Assembly: GCA_964016885.1 (NCBI GenBank)
Contig: OZ024743.1
Coordinates: 346,394,001 to 346,458,000 of the forward strand
From: Eledone cirrhosa
Lineage: Eukaryota
Reading direction: 5' to 3'
Length of the DNA stretch: 64,000 nt
The notes under the pieces were generated by a model that saw only the letters and a list, made by a program, of their open reading frames with translations, made no database searches and was not told the origin of the DNA. The first letter of the stretch is position 1; each line of letters starts with the position of its first letter. The translations under genes and the position numbers were made by a program. Positions 14,020 through 24,755 of the stretch are shown here, one piece after another.

Positions 14020-14875
14020 AACTTCGAGCAGAGAACATACATATATAATCGACTACAACCTAGAAGTGATTGAATATATCCAACATTATGGCAATAGGGC
14101 TGCAGAGAGGCGTTTTGGTTCATCTCCAACCGAGGAAGCTATCCGCTACTAGAGGAAACAGGAAGACCTGTTGATTCCTGCATCAAGACTTAAACGTAAA
14201 CCGTATCAACCTCCAGTTAAGTGGCCAGAAATTAGTTGCGTGGATAGTTGCAGAAAGAAATTCGGGTCTTGTCGTATCAACAAAAAGAGAAGAAGAAAAA
14301 ATAAGGAATCAAACATGAATCTAGCAACAAGAGGTCTAGATCATTTTTGTAGCACATCACTCTGATGTTACAGATTTATAAAAAGGCGAGGACTAGTAAT
14401 GAGAATGAAAACAAGAAACGCACAAAAAATACCTAAAGATTATGATAACAAATTATTCGAATTTCACATGTTCATATTCAGTGCAAGAAAAAACACTGAC
14501 TATGAACTGGGTCAGATCGGACAAATAGATGAGGTGCCACAAATATGTGTTGTGGTATCTCGAAGAAGTGTGGATGTTAAATGTTTAAATCTGTAAGTGT
14601 AATGATATCTGGACATAATAAAACCCATTATACTGCGTTACTATCGTATTGTGCTGATGAAACAAAACTGCCACCGCTGCTTATTTTCAGGAGGAAAACT
14701 TTACCAAAAGACAAACTTACACGTGGAAATTTTGTTCACGTTCATCCAAAGGGGTGGATGGATGAAGAGAGAGTGAAGGTATGGCTAGATAAGGTCTGGT
14801 CAAGGCGTTCCTGTGGCCTCCTTAAAAAACAACTCTTCTTGTATGGGACCATATTTGCATTTATGTTTTGGTAAA
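14020..14875 (+). mobile_element. pogo-family (POGK/Passer-like) DDE transposase remnant
   Basis: Brinker-type N-terminal motif GNRAAERRFG (about 14090), HTH/CENPB-like region, then ADETKLPPLLIFRRKT and KGWMDEERVKVWLDKVWSRR (DDE_1 domain); multiple frameshifts. Confidence 0.85.
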
Positions 14876-16126
14876 TAGACGTGTCGACTGTAATGAACAT
14901 ATAATTTGCTAAACTACAAACTCAGATGCAGACACATACACGCATATAGAGACACACATGCTCACAGCCACATGTATACAATAAATACACATGCTTTTAG
15001 TCTCCTTTACACAGATGATGTAAAGCAATCGTGTGGGTTCTATTGATTCTCTAAGAGAAGGGTGAAAATAAACAATAATTTTAATCACCTCTAACCAATC
15101 ATTTAATCGCGTGATGGACAAGAGAGAGCCTATACTATAGTTTCACACATCTTCGTGACGAAATCAGAACCTGTGCATATAAGATCGTCATACCGGAAGT
15201 CATGCTGCAGCTGAGCCAACATGGGGGGATGAATATAAAACTGAATAAATAAAATATAAATGCAAACGGAGTTAACGGCGTATTGACACAGCGCTCATTT
15301 TCAGCCCGATGGCTAGCTTAGGATATAACCGGATACATATCGGAAATGAAGACTAGCGGACAAGATTTTGGGATAATCCTTCAGGATTGGATGTGGAGTG
15401 ATATATAAAGAGTTATGAATTCTCACTTCGGATTAAAATAGTTCACCCCTGCGTACGAGTTCCGGTAGGAAAACTGGGAGCAACCTAGGCTGTCAAATGT
15501 AAGTGAGCAAATTTGTATGGAGATTTGTAATAATATTTCAACAAACAAAACTTCAAAACATGGTTATATATATATATATATATATATATATAGATATATA
15601 TATGTGTGTGTGTGTGTATATATACACACACATACAACATGCTCACAAACATAGAGTGTATGTGTGTGCGTCAGTGGAATAGTAAAAATAGTTGAGAAAA
15701 TGATGTTTAATAATTATTGATGTTAAGTTTCAAAAATAAGTAAATGATTTAAAATTGAATTATGATGCCACTGAAACATACTTGCATTTTTAATGTCTTT
15801 CCCTTCCAACTCCCCCTCTCCCTCTTTCTCTATCCCTCTTTCTCTCTCTCTCCCTCTCTCTGCATATATACATGTGTGTGTGTGTTTACGTAATAAGACG
15901 ACGGTACAGCCTGATTACGTCTGTCACGTTCATACAAGTAATCGATGCAGGCTGGTTATGGTTTTCCTGACGGGTTGGATTATAGTTTTTATGGATAAGT
16001 TTATGTTACTTTTTCTTATGTGGTGTCACTTTGGTGAATGTAGGATTTTGTTTGCTTCAGTTCATGGATAGCACTTGGTTGTTGTAGATTTCTTATTGTT
16101 AAGGCTTAGCTCAACGCACGCACATA

Positions 16127-16294
<168 letters not shown>

Positions 16295-16319
16295 GGTAGT
16301 AACATGTTCTTACGCCGTA

Positions 16320-17970
16320 TTTGACTACATAGCATTAGTCTCTTAGTTGGGATTTTAAAAGCATAAAATGCTCTCTCCAGAGAGATGCTGAAAAACTACT
16401 CATCAGCAACGTAATATTACCAATCGTCAAAAAGAACCGAATCACTTTTGTAGAGGTAAATAGCCTTCGAACTGGCACCCAGTATAGATTTAGCCCAATT
16501 AGAAGTTGCCTTACGCAGGCAGCTCTTACATCATTATGAGTGAGTAATGAAACAGTTATTAGATCATTCGAATATGGATGTAATATATCTCGACTTTGCG
16601 AAGGCCTTCGACAAGGTTGATCATATAATTGTTTCTACTTTAGACACAAGGCCAGCAATTACCCAGTGCATTGCATTACTGGTACTTTATTTTATCGACC
16701 CCGTAAGGATAAAAGGCAAAGTCAACCTCGGCGGGATTTGAACTCAGATCGTAAAGGGACGTAACTATGCTGGAAAGCATGGCGTCCGACCCTCTACCGA
16801 TACTGCCAATCCATCGCCCTTGATCATATAATGATACGTCACAAACTACGTAGCTCTAGCGTAGGTGGGAAATTAGTTGATTGGCTTCATGTCTTCTTTA
16901 AAGACAGAAGCTAAAGAATTGCAGCAAAACCAAACGTCAATAACAAGTAGGCTTTCCCAGGGAACGGTCTTGGGACTACTATGGTTTGTGGTGACTATCT
17001 CAGTCATGCCCTCTGTAATACGAACAGCCTCCCTCAAAAGCAATGATTATGACAGCAAAGAAACACAGGCAGTCAAGAAACGGTCTGATGCTACTCTGTT
17101 ACAAGATGATTTAGATGTTATACAAATGGGCAAGAATGTACAATTTAATTCCGGAAACATTCACTATCAAGCCGCATACTCAAGGCCTCTACAACATAGC
17201 TACACTAGATCAGGAGGATTCGATATCCGCTAGTTGAAATAAATACGGGATCAGAGTATTAACATGAGCAACGATGCGTCATTTCATGCAGACATCACCA
17301 AAATGAGGGCAATATGCAGACGATGGCATGTTGAATTCTGAGACCGGGAATCCGTATGTGTCCTCAAGAGGTATTTCTTCTTCAGCCAACGGGACTATTG
17401 CTCTCAGCTGTGGTCGCCCCACAGTGTCAAGCAAATCACAGAACCTGAAGCAATCCAACAAAGATACATCATAAGGACAACTTTAATTAAGGAGATGAGC
17501 AACTAGGAGAGGCTGAAAACATTAAAACTCTACACCCTGAAGCAAAGACAAGAAAGATACGCAGTGATAAACGTATGAAAGATCCTGAAAAGCTAGCACT
17601 AAAGTTCGGCATTCAGAGCTGGAGCAAATCCGTAACAGGACGCCATTGCGTAGAGCCAAAGGTTTCAATGTTGGCATCAATAATAATGATCTGATACGGC
17701 AATAGCCTGGAGTTCATAGGTCACCATATCTGTATTAAGCTGCCATAAAATCTGAAAGATCTACATAGTGTGCATATAGATATTTTCAAGAAGCCTCTCG
17801 ACATTCTGGTAACAAATAAAACCATACCAAGAGATGAAGCACAAATAAGTGCAGCAGCAACAAACTCCCTCTTACATAAATCGCCTACCCATGAAGGCTA
17901 GCTATAGAAAGTGTAGCGTGTATGGCGGTGACCCTGCATGACTTCAGCCAGTTGGCTGGAACATGTACAA
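16320..17970 (+). mobile_element. CR1-type LINE, 5'-truncated RT to 3' end, interrupted by a SINE
   Basis: NMDVIYLDFAKAFDKVDH, SRLSQGTVLG, degenerate YADD (DYDSK), DYCSQLWSP; many disruptions. Confidence 0.9.
16630..16819 (-). mobile_element. SINE family 1 with 13-bp TSD
   Basis: TSD ttgatcatataat at 16617-16629 and 16820-16832; splits the CR1 RT right after AFDKVDH. Confidence 0.97.
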
Positions 17971-18124
17971 GAGTAAACGTATATATATATATATATTTAT
18001 ATAAGCAGTACCACTAACATATTGTGCTTCATTGTAGAGGTGGATATGTAAACATATACGATGTGTTTATGTATAATACATATACTTGTATACTCCTTTG
18101 GGGTATGCTTGGGTAAGGTGTGTT

Positions 18125-18342
18125 TGTGGAAGACCAATAGTGGCTCGTGCATGCAAGTGTCCCCTCCTCAATGCAAATGCACTGGCCGATACAGATTGGC
18201 ACCAGTGACGTCACAAACCTACGGCTCAGTAAAGTGGAGCACCGTGAAATAAAGTGCTGTGCTCAAGAAAACAACGCACCATCCGGTCTGGGATCCCAGC
18301 TCACAATCTTCCGATTATGAGCTCAAAGCTCTCGCCACAAAG
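18125..18342 (-). mobile_element. tRNA-derived SINE family 2
   Basis: Reverse-complement similarity to 50655-50985 (cgttgttttcttgagc...cactttatttcacg...gtcactggtgcc). Confidence 0.7.
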
Positions 18343-18368
18343 CCATATATATATATAAAGATATATAT

Positions 18369-18439
<71 letters not shown>

Positions 18440-18539
18440 GATCGATATATATAAATATACATGGTGGCTGCCCACTCCCACTCGTTATTGAGTATGGCCA
18501 TTGCACGATATGCCATTATTACTAATTATTAATTAATGC

Positions 18540-18802
18540 AATCATGCAATCTCTGTGCGTGAAGAATATTTTGAAGTGAGGAAAGACTGTGCACCGAGCC
18601 AATCCCACTCTCTGAGCGACAGTAGTTATAACCCGAAAAGAAGAAAAGATCAACATCGGTAACTATTGAGCCGCGGGTTTTATGTCGGAGTTATCCCAGT
18701 TTCCTAAGTTGCCTTCTCCTAGAAGAATGCTCTCACAAAGCCTAGAGGTCATTCACGTCTAGTGGTTTAACCGCGCAATCGGGTATCCAGCCCGACTATT
18801 TC
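18540..18802 (-). mobile_element. RTE-type 5' UTR-like fragment (related copy about 40070-40520)
   Basis: Shared ccaatcccact...tcaacatc...agccgc(g/a)ggtttt with the 40130-40260 region; minus strand has ctaggagaaggcaact, typical of RTE 5' ends as I recall them. Confidence 0.55.
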
Positions 18803-20762
18803 TATGTCCCCGCGCATATTATATATACACATGTACACATGCATATACATATATGTATGTGTGTATATATACACACTTTTGGATGGCCGTTGACTCTTAT
18901 GAGTTCTTCCGCCCTTTGTCGGGTTTTGCTTTTTTCATGAAAGGTGTCCAAAATCACCCTCTTCACCAAGTAAACATACATACATAAATACGCATATATA
19001 AATCCCACTTCCTGTGGTTTAAGTCATTTGAGAAGTACATATGCATATACTTCCACATACATCTCTATTATAAATCATGCTATGTTAATGATACTGGTAA
19101 TTAAACCTAGACAACCAAATGCATGCTGTATGCAGATGACCATCCAGCAGATGTTTTATAAGCAAACATTCACCGCCATTGAATTCAGATCAAGGTTCTC
19201 TCTACGTCAAAACAGCTTTTGTACCCCAGTCCGCCACGACTTTCTCAAGTAAAAAAACAACAACATTTGATCTGCAATGAGTGTCCTGACCAAGACCACA
19301 TCGTACACTGAATGACACTATCCGTGCATCCTCTGCTTTAAGGTCACCATAAACATATTGCTCACCAATGAAACAATATCTAATAGTAAAACCGAGATCT
19401 TTACCTTTTGTTGACACATGGTAAATAAAACATACATCAACACGTACCCAATCCTGGATATTAAGATCATTATTGCTATAACATGCACACACACAGACAT
19501 ACACACACATACATACATACACGCACGCGCGCACATACATACACACTGAACTAAAGTAATCTTTAGACACCTCAAACAAATAACACATGCTTATTACATT
19601 ATACGCAACATCAGAATGTGTACTTAACACATATCCAAATCTACGAATGTGACCTGGCTTAAAGCTACCAGAAAATAATGGCCACTACACACAGGAAAAA
19701 TACTCAACCACACCTACATAACTATAGATTTAAACCAACCGCAGTGCCAAAGATTTTCTGTAGTCTAACACGCATAAAGACAAATTCCCTGATACCATAT
19801 AACAAAACAGCAAGTGTTAGACACTTCTGCACTAACAAAAAAGTTTATGCACCCACAACTAAAGAATTACACCAGAAGTCCACATTACACATTTAATAAG
19901 CCCCAGAAGAAACCCCATATGACAACAATTAACTAACCACAGATTGTTACCTCGTTACATAAATATTTATAAACCAACCATAATGCCAACATCTTTCCTA
20001 TTGAATAAGGCATTCATAATAATAGATATAATGATACCACGCAGTTAACTCCTTCAACAACCAGCAATAGGCAACACAATTATATAAGCCTCCAAAGGCT
20101 TACAAACTTACGCAAATTATCAACCTAGCACAAAATCGTTCCTTACAACACCTACACTCAATTACACCCACACATTTCTTACACCAACTTAGTCCTTTAA
20201 TTTCTTTCTCTCTGAATGAAAATGACAGTAGAACTTAATTCAAAAAAACTGGATGGAAAACCACCATGTTTGGATACTGTAACACATATCTACATTAATA
20301 AACTACTAGGAACATTAGAAAATAAGAAATATGCAAGATAAGAGAACACGGAAATAAACACTAGCCAAACCTGTCTCTAATTAAATTTAAAAATTACTTT
20401 ATCTATAGCATGTAGATGGTCAAAGCAGACTGTTCAATGACCTAGTGACTGTTCCCATTTCATTTCATTCTTGCCATGTCTTTGGTTGTTATTTTGCTTT
20501 ATTTACTATTAAGGTTTGATTGCAGGTTTCACCACTACTTCTCCAATGCTTTCTCGCACCTGTCAATCACCATATATCATTGCCCTTGAAGAGATAGACT
20601 TGAAACAAATTAAATCAATCAGATTAATTTCTCATTTGCTAACGAAACGGAATAAGCTTAGCCTCTGGGCAAAAAAATCTCTGTAACAATATCTACACTA
20701 TTTTCCTTACGCATAGTTTACTAATTTGAATAATGGTCTTACTGAACTTAATAACAGATTAT

Positions 20763-20820
<58 letters not shown>

Positions 20821-20824
<4 letters not shown>

Positions 20825-21101
20825 ATATAATAGCCTTGTGTATTTGTCCGTCACACATGCTAGAGATGACTGAAGGAGAAAGGGGTGATTATGTCGACTG
20901 AGGAAGGAAGAGGTAATTACGTCCACTGAAGAAGAAAGGGGTGTCTAATATATACACCTCTATGAGATAACAGACGTCCAGTGTTCTAAGATACGTCACA
21001 GCTTTGTTTTTTTATGTTTGTATCTTTTGTGTGAGTGAGCGCGAAGGAACCAACCAACCTACCAACCAACCAGCCAACCAACAATGGTACGGGGCCAGCT
21101 A

Positions 21102-21102
<1 letters not shown>
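20821..21102 (+). mobile_element. Non-autonomous Helitron-like element in (TA)n
   Basis: 3' end acggggccagCTAG followed by T; internal 28-bp x3 repeat and (CCAA)n; same 3' end in reverse at 24669-24755. Confidence 0.65.
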
Positions 21103-21147
<45 letters not shown>

Positions 21148-21191
21148 AAGTTAAATAAAAGTCAAATGATTAAAATTTAGCTTCGTTTATT

Positions 21192-21246
21192 ACTGCTATA
21201 TATATTTCAGTGACAGCCATCTTTGGCTGTGACCTCTTCAGGCAGT
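21192..21246 (-). ncRNA. Minimal type I hammerhead ribozyme (intact core)
   Basis: actgc-CTGAAGA-ggtcacagcc(aaagat)ggctgtcact-GAAA-tatata-TA-gcagt. Confidence 0.92.
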
Positions 21247-22435
21247 TTGAATTAGTATGGTATAGACAAGTACATATGTTGTTTAGGTGTATGATATTGT
21301 CAATACTCTGATATGCCCAGTTCCTTGCTGGGTTGTTAATTCACTGGGGAACTGGAGTCATATGAATTCAAACAAACGAATTTTCGTGTCACAGGTCCCC
21401 TTCTCCTCTCATTGGTCAGTTATTAGTGTTGTCATTGTTGGAGTTAGCTTAAAAATTGATAAAATGGTAGAAGGGACAAGGTGTTGAAGGAACAAAATCT
21501 CAAAAAATGTGTCAAACTTCCCATTGTTCAGTTCTGAGAGCATTCCTCAGTCAGAGTCTATAGAATTCTTTCTGGGGTGAGGCTCCCTGTGGTGTTTATG
21601 CCTGCTATTGTTCAGTACATTTGACCTCCACCATTATTTTGGTACTGTTGTTGTTGTAGTGGTCAGCTTATACCTTGCTGCTGCTAACAATTTAGAAGTA
21701 TTCAGTTTGTGTTTTCTCTTCATCCCACCCGCCACCATCGTAGTGGTGGTGACGGGTGGGGGGAGGGGGTTCTTTCATGTATATGAAGAAATATAAGGCA
21801 ATAAATGAAGAAAACAGAAGATAAATAAATAATATAATAAAATAAAATAATTAATATAATTTGTGTAATTTGAAAATAAATAAATAAATAGAGAATAAAG
21901 AATAAAGAGTAAATGAGAGATTGGTGAAAAAGTAATGATAATGTATATGGAGAAGTGAGAAATAATGTAGGATAAAGTGTGTGTGTGTGTGTGCTATAAC
22001 CAATCTCAAGGTCAGAATATGTTGGATAGATTGGTATGATACAAGATGTTAAGATGAGATATTCAATGTGTTTGTGTTATAATCTATCTCAACTTAAAAT
22101 AAATATAAGGTTATACAGTGAAGAGGGCAGAAAACAAATAACAAATTAATAAAGAGAAATCAAGATTTAAGATTGGAACTTTAAAGTCAGAAATCTGGTA
22201 AATTAAAAGTGTTTGTGTTATAGATGTTGGCCAGATTATTATGGCTGTGTCCGATTCTATCTCTAGGCTATCATGGTGTCTGCTCCGCCTGGGTTGTTCC
22301 CTATGGCTTGAGGGGAGTTCACAACCTAGGGTGTTGTAATTGTCCATATAGCTTGAGGGAGGTCTGGCCGAGAGGTGTTTTCATGTTCTGTAGAAGTCCC
22401 TATAGCTTGAGGGGAGTTCACATCTTCTTGTGTTG

Positions 22436-22900
22436 CTACTGTCCATATATTTTGAGAAAGGTCCCGGCTCTAAGGTGTCTGCATGTCCCGAAGAAGTCGG
22501 TTCTGAGGTTTATCAGGCCGCTTCCACCTCTTAGTATCTCGAGGGTCTCGTTCAGGCATAGTTTGCATATGCAAGATCCCCCTTTATCGGGTGGTACTTT
22601 CCTGATTATGTACCAGGCCAGAGAGTATGGGGTCCTGTCCAGCTTAAGCTTCCAGATCAGGTCGGAGAGAGCTGTGCTTTTCCTTTTGGCCTCCTTCTTG
22701 AATGAATGGCGATGGTTGTACCAGCGGTCCTTAAAGCTCGTTGATGTGGCTCCTATGTAGAGGTATTCGGAGTTGGGGGTTTTAACCCTACAACCGTACA
22801 CTATGTTCTTCTTGAGACATTCATTACCAAGGGGGCATGATTCGGGGTTTCTACAGTTGCAGAGGGTGGGCGGCCTCTGCGTGCTTAGATTAGGGTTCTC
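22436..22900 (-). pseudogene. PLE GIY-YIG endonuclease domain (5'-truncated ORF; CNC..CPL..C linker, tentatively Nematis-type)
   Basis: CNCRNPESCPLGNECLKKNIVYGCRVK..YIGATSTSFKDRWYNHRHSF..CKLCLNE; open reading frame but no RT. Confidence 0.92.
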
Positions 22901-23259
22901 ATTATGTGCTACATGTAGGGAGCCTCACCCCAGAAAGAATTCTATAGACTTCTGACTGAGGAATGCTCTCAGAACTGAACAATGGGAAGTTTGACACATT
23001 TTTTGATATTTTGTTCCTTCAACACCTTGTCCCTTCTACCATTTTATCAATGTTTAAGCTAACTCCAACAATGACAACACTAATAACTGACCAATGAGAG
23101 GAGAAGGGGACCTGTGACACGAAAATTCGTTTGTTTGAATTCATATGACTCCAGTTCCCCAGTGAATTAACAACCCAGCAAGGAACTGGGCATATCAGAG
23201 TATTGACAATATCATACACCTAAACAACATATGTACTTGTCTATACCATACTAATTCAA

Positions 23260-23314
23260 ACTGCCTGAAGAGGTCACAGCCAAAGATGGCTGTCACTGAA
23301 ATATATATAGCAGT
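23260..23314 (+). ncRNA. Minimal type I hammerhead ribozyme (intact core)
   Basis: Identical inverted copy of 21192-21246; stem I actgc/gcagt, palindromic stem III atatatat. Confidence 0.92.
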
Positions 23315-23455
23315 AATAAACGAAGCTAAATTTTAATCATTTGACTTTTATTTAACTTTATTTTACACTACTCCGGAGTAACCAAACCAACCTGCGCACT
23401 TCGTCGAGTGCTCCAGCCTGCATACTGAGGTGTTGGTATACAACCAACATAAACT

Positions 23456-23527
<72 letters not shown>

Positions 23528-24263
23528 GGATACTATTTATAGTTATGTATATACTAAAACCTTTTATAGTTATATATATTTTAAACCCTAAACAGTGAAA
23601 GACAGTAATTTATTACTACCTTATTACCAGTAAGATAAATAGCTCAATGTAATAACATCAGTTGTTCTACAGAGCAGTTATATAGAATTCACAAGAATCA
23701 AAGCTATCTTCAAAGCATTTATTATTTTTCTGCACACATACTTTTTTCTTCTATACAAAAAATACCTTACCACTACAACCACCATAATAATCTTGCTTAC
23801 CCGCTTAAAGTGCTTGCATTACGTGTAACGCCCTGCCACACAATGATAGTATAAAACTGAGACACACTTGCATGTTCCACGTGTAACTAACGCATACACT
23901 ACCTACTAGACCTGACTATCAAACTATCCTCTTGCATTATCTGTGTTATCTGCCGAATGTATTTTAATTTTGATTTTGATTTTAAATTTGATTTTGATTT
24001 TGATTTTGATTTTGAATTTGAATTGCTGTACAAAAATAGTATAGTATAATATATGCCACTCCACTGTACATCAATATATATATAAGTATCTGTATGTCTC
24101 TTGCGTTGGAAAGGATGTCAATTATGTGTACAAACATTGAAAAAGGCTCCGAAGACTCCAAGCCTAGGTTTGGGTGAAACAAATGTAAGTGAATAAATGC
24201 TTTGAACATAGCTTTGATTCTTGTGAATTCTCTCTCTCTCTCTATCTCTCTCTATATATATAA

Positions 24264-24440
24264 CTGTTTCTACTTTAGGCACAAGGCCAGCAATTACCCA
24301 GTGCATTACTGGTACTTTATTTTATCGACCCCGTAAAGATGAAATGCAAAGTCAACCTCGGCGGGATTTGAACTCAGATCGTAAAGGGACGTAACTATGC
24401 TGGAAAGCATGGCGTCCGACCCTCTACCGATACTGCCAAT
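24264..24440 (-). mobile_element. SINE family 1, 5' end abutting the H1 element
   Basis: Near-identical to 16630-16819. Confidence 0.95.
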
Positions 24441-24443
24441 ATA

Positions 24444-24645
24444 TAACGAAGGAAATGTGGTAAGGAACCAGGTGGACCATAACGCACCAAAGTACTCAAT
24501 ACTTCGGGTAGTAGAGTGGGTAATAGGAACGAGTAGGACCCCGACAGCTGAGCTCAAGCCGTTTCGACGGCTAATTCTAGACTGAGTCCAGAATTAGCCG
24601 TCGAAACGGCTTGAGCTCAGCCGTCGGGGTCCTACTCGTTCCTAT
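24444..24645. mobile_element. PLE pseudo-LTR fragment (family H1) with 61-bp fold-back palindrome centred at 24584
   Basis: Arms 24523-24583 / 24585-24645 with 2 mismatches; the plus arm has GAAA(24603)-cggct tgagctc agccg-TC-ggggtc. Confidence 0.9.
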
Positions 24646-24668
24646 ATATATATATATATATATATATA

Positions 24669-24755
24669 TACTAGCTGGCCCCATGCAAAAAATGACAGCT
24701 AATTGTAATATCTATACATAATTTAAAAACGAGATATTTGTCTGTTGGTTGGTCA
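24669..24755 (-). mobile_element. Helitron-like 3' end fragment
   Basis: actagctggcccc is the reverse complement of the 21090-21103 terminus; ttggttgg repeat. Confidence 0.55.

Larger units (their letters stand above)
21141..23460 (-). mobile_element. Young 5'-truncated Penelope-like element with inverted pseudo-LTRs (21141-21588 / 22917-23365), (TA)n at both ends
   Basis: About 448-bp inverted arms with only a few differences, GIY-YIG ORF between them, and an HHR in each arm. Confidence 0.95.

Noticed and set aside
20581-20620. ttgaaga-gatagactt-gaaac near the end of the C/A-rich 19100-20765 tract
   Set aside because: Stems I and III do not pair; the tract may be a PLE 3' region but I cannot support it
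20868-20945. Regularly spaced 28-bp repeats (also 33522-33572 and 43413-43473)
   Set aside because: Simple tandem repeats without spacers in eukaryotic DNA; not CRISPR
22224-22760. 178-aa plus-strand ORF
   Set aside because: Antisense shadow of the GIY-YIG frame plus tandem repeat
21287-23219. Two near-identical 66-aa ORFs on opposite strands
   Set aside because: By-product of the inverted pseudo-LTRs; no recognisable domain
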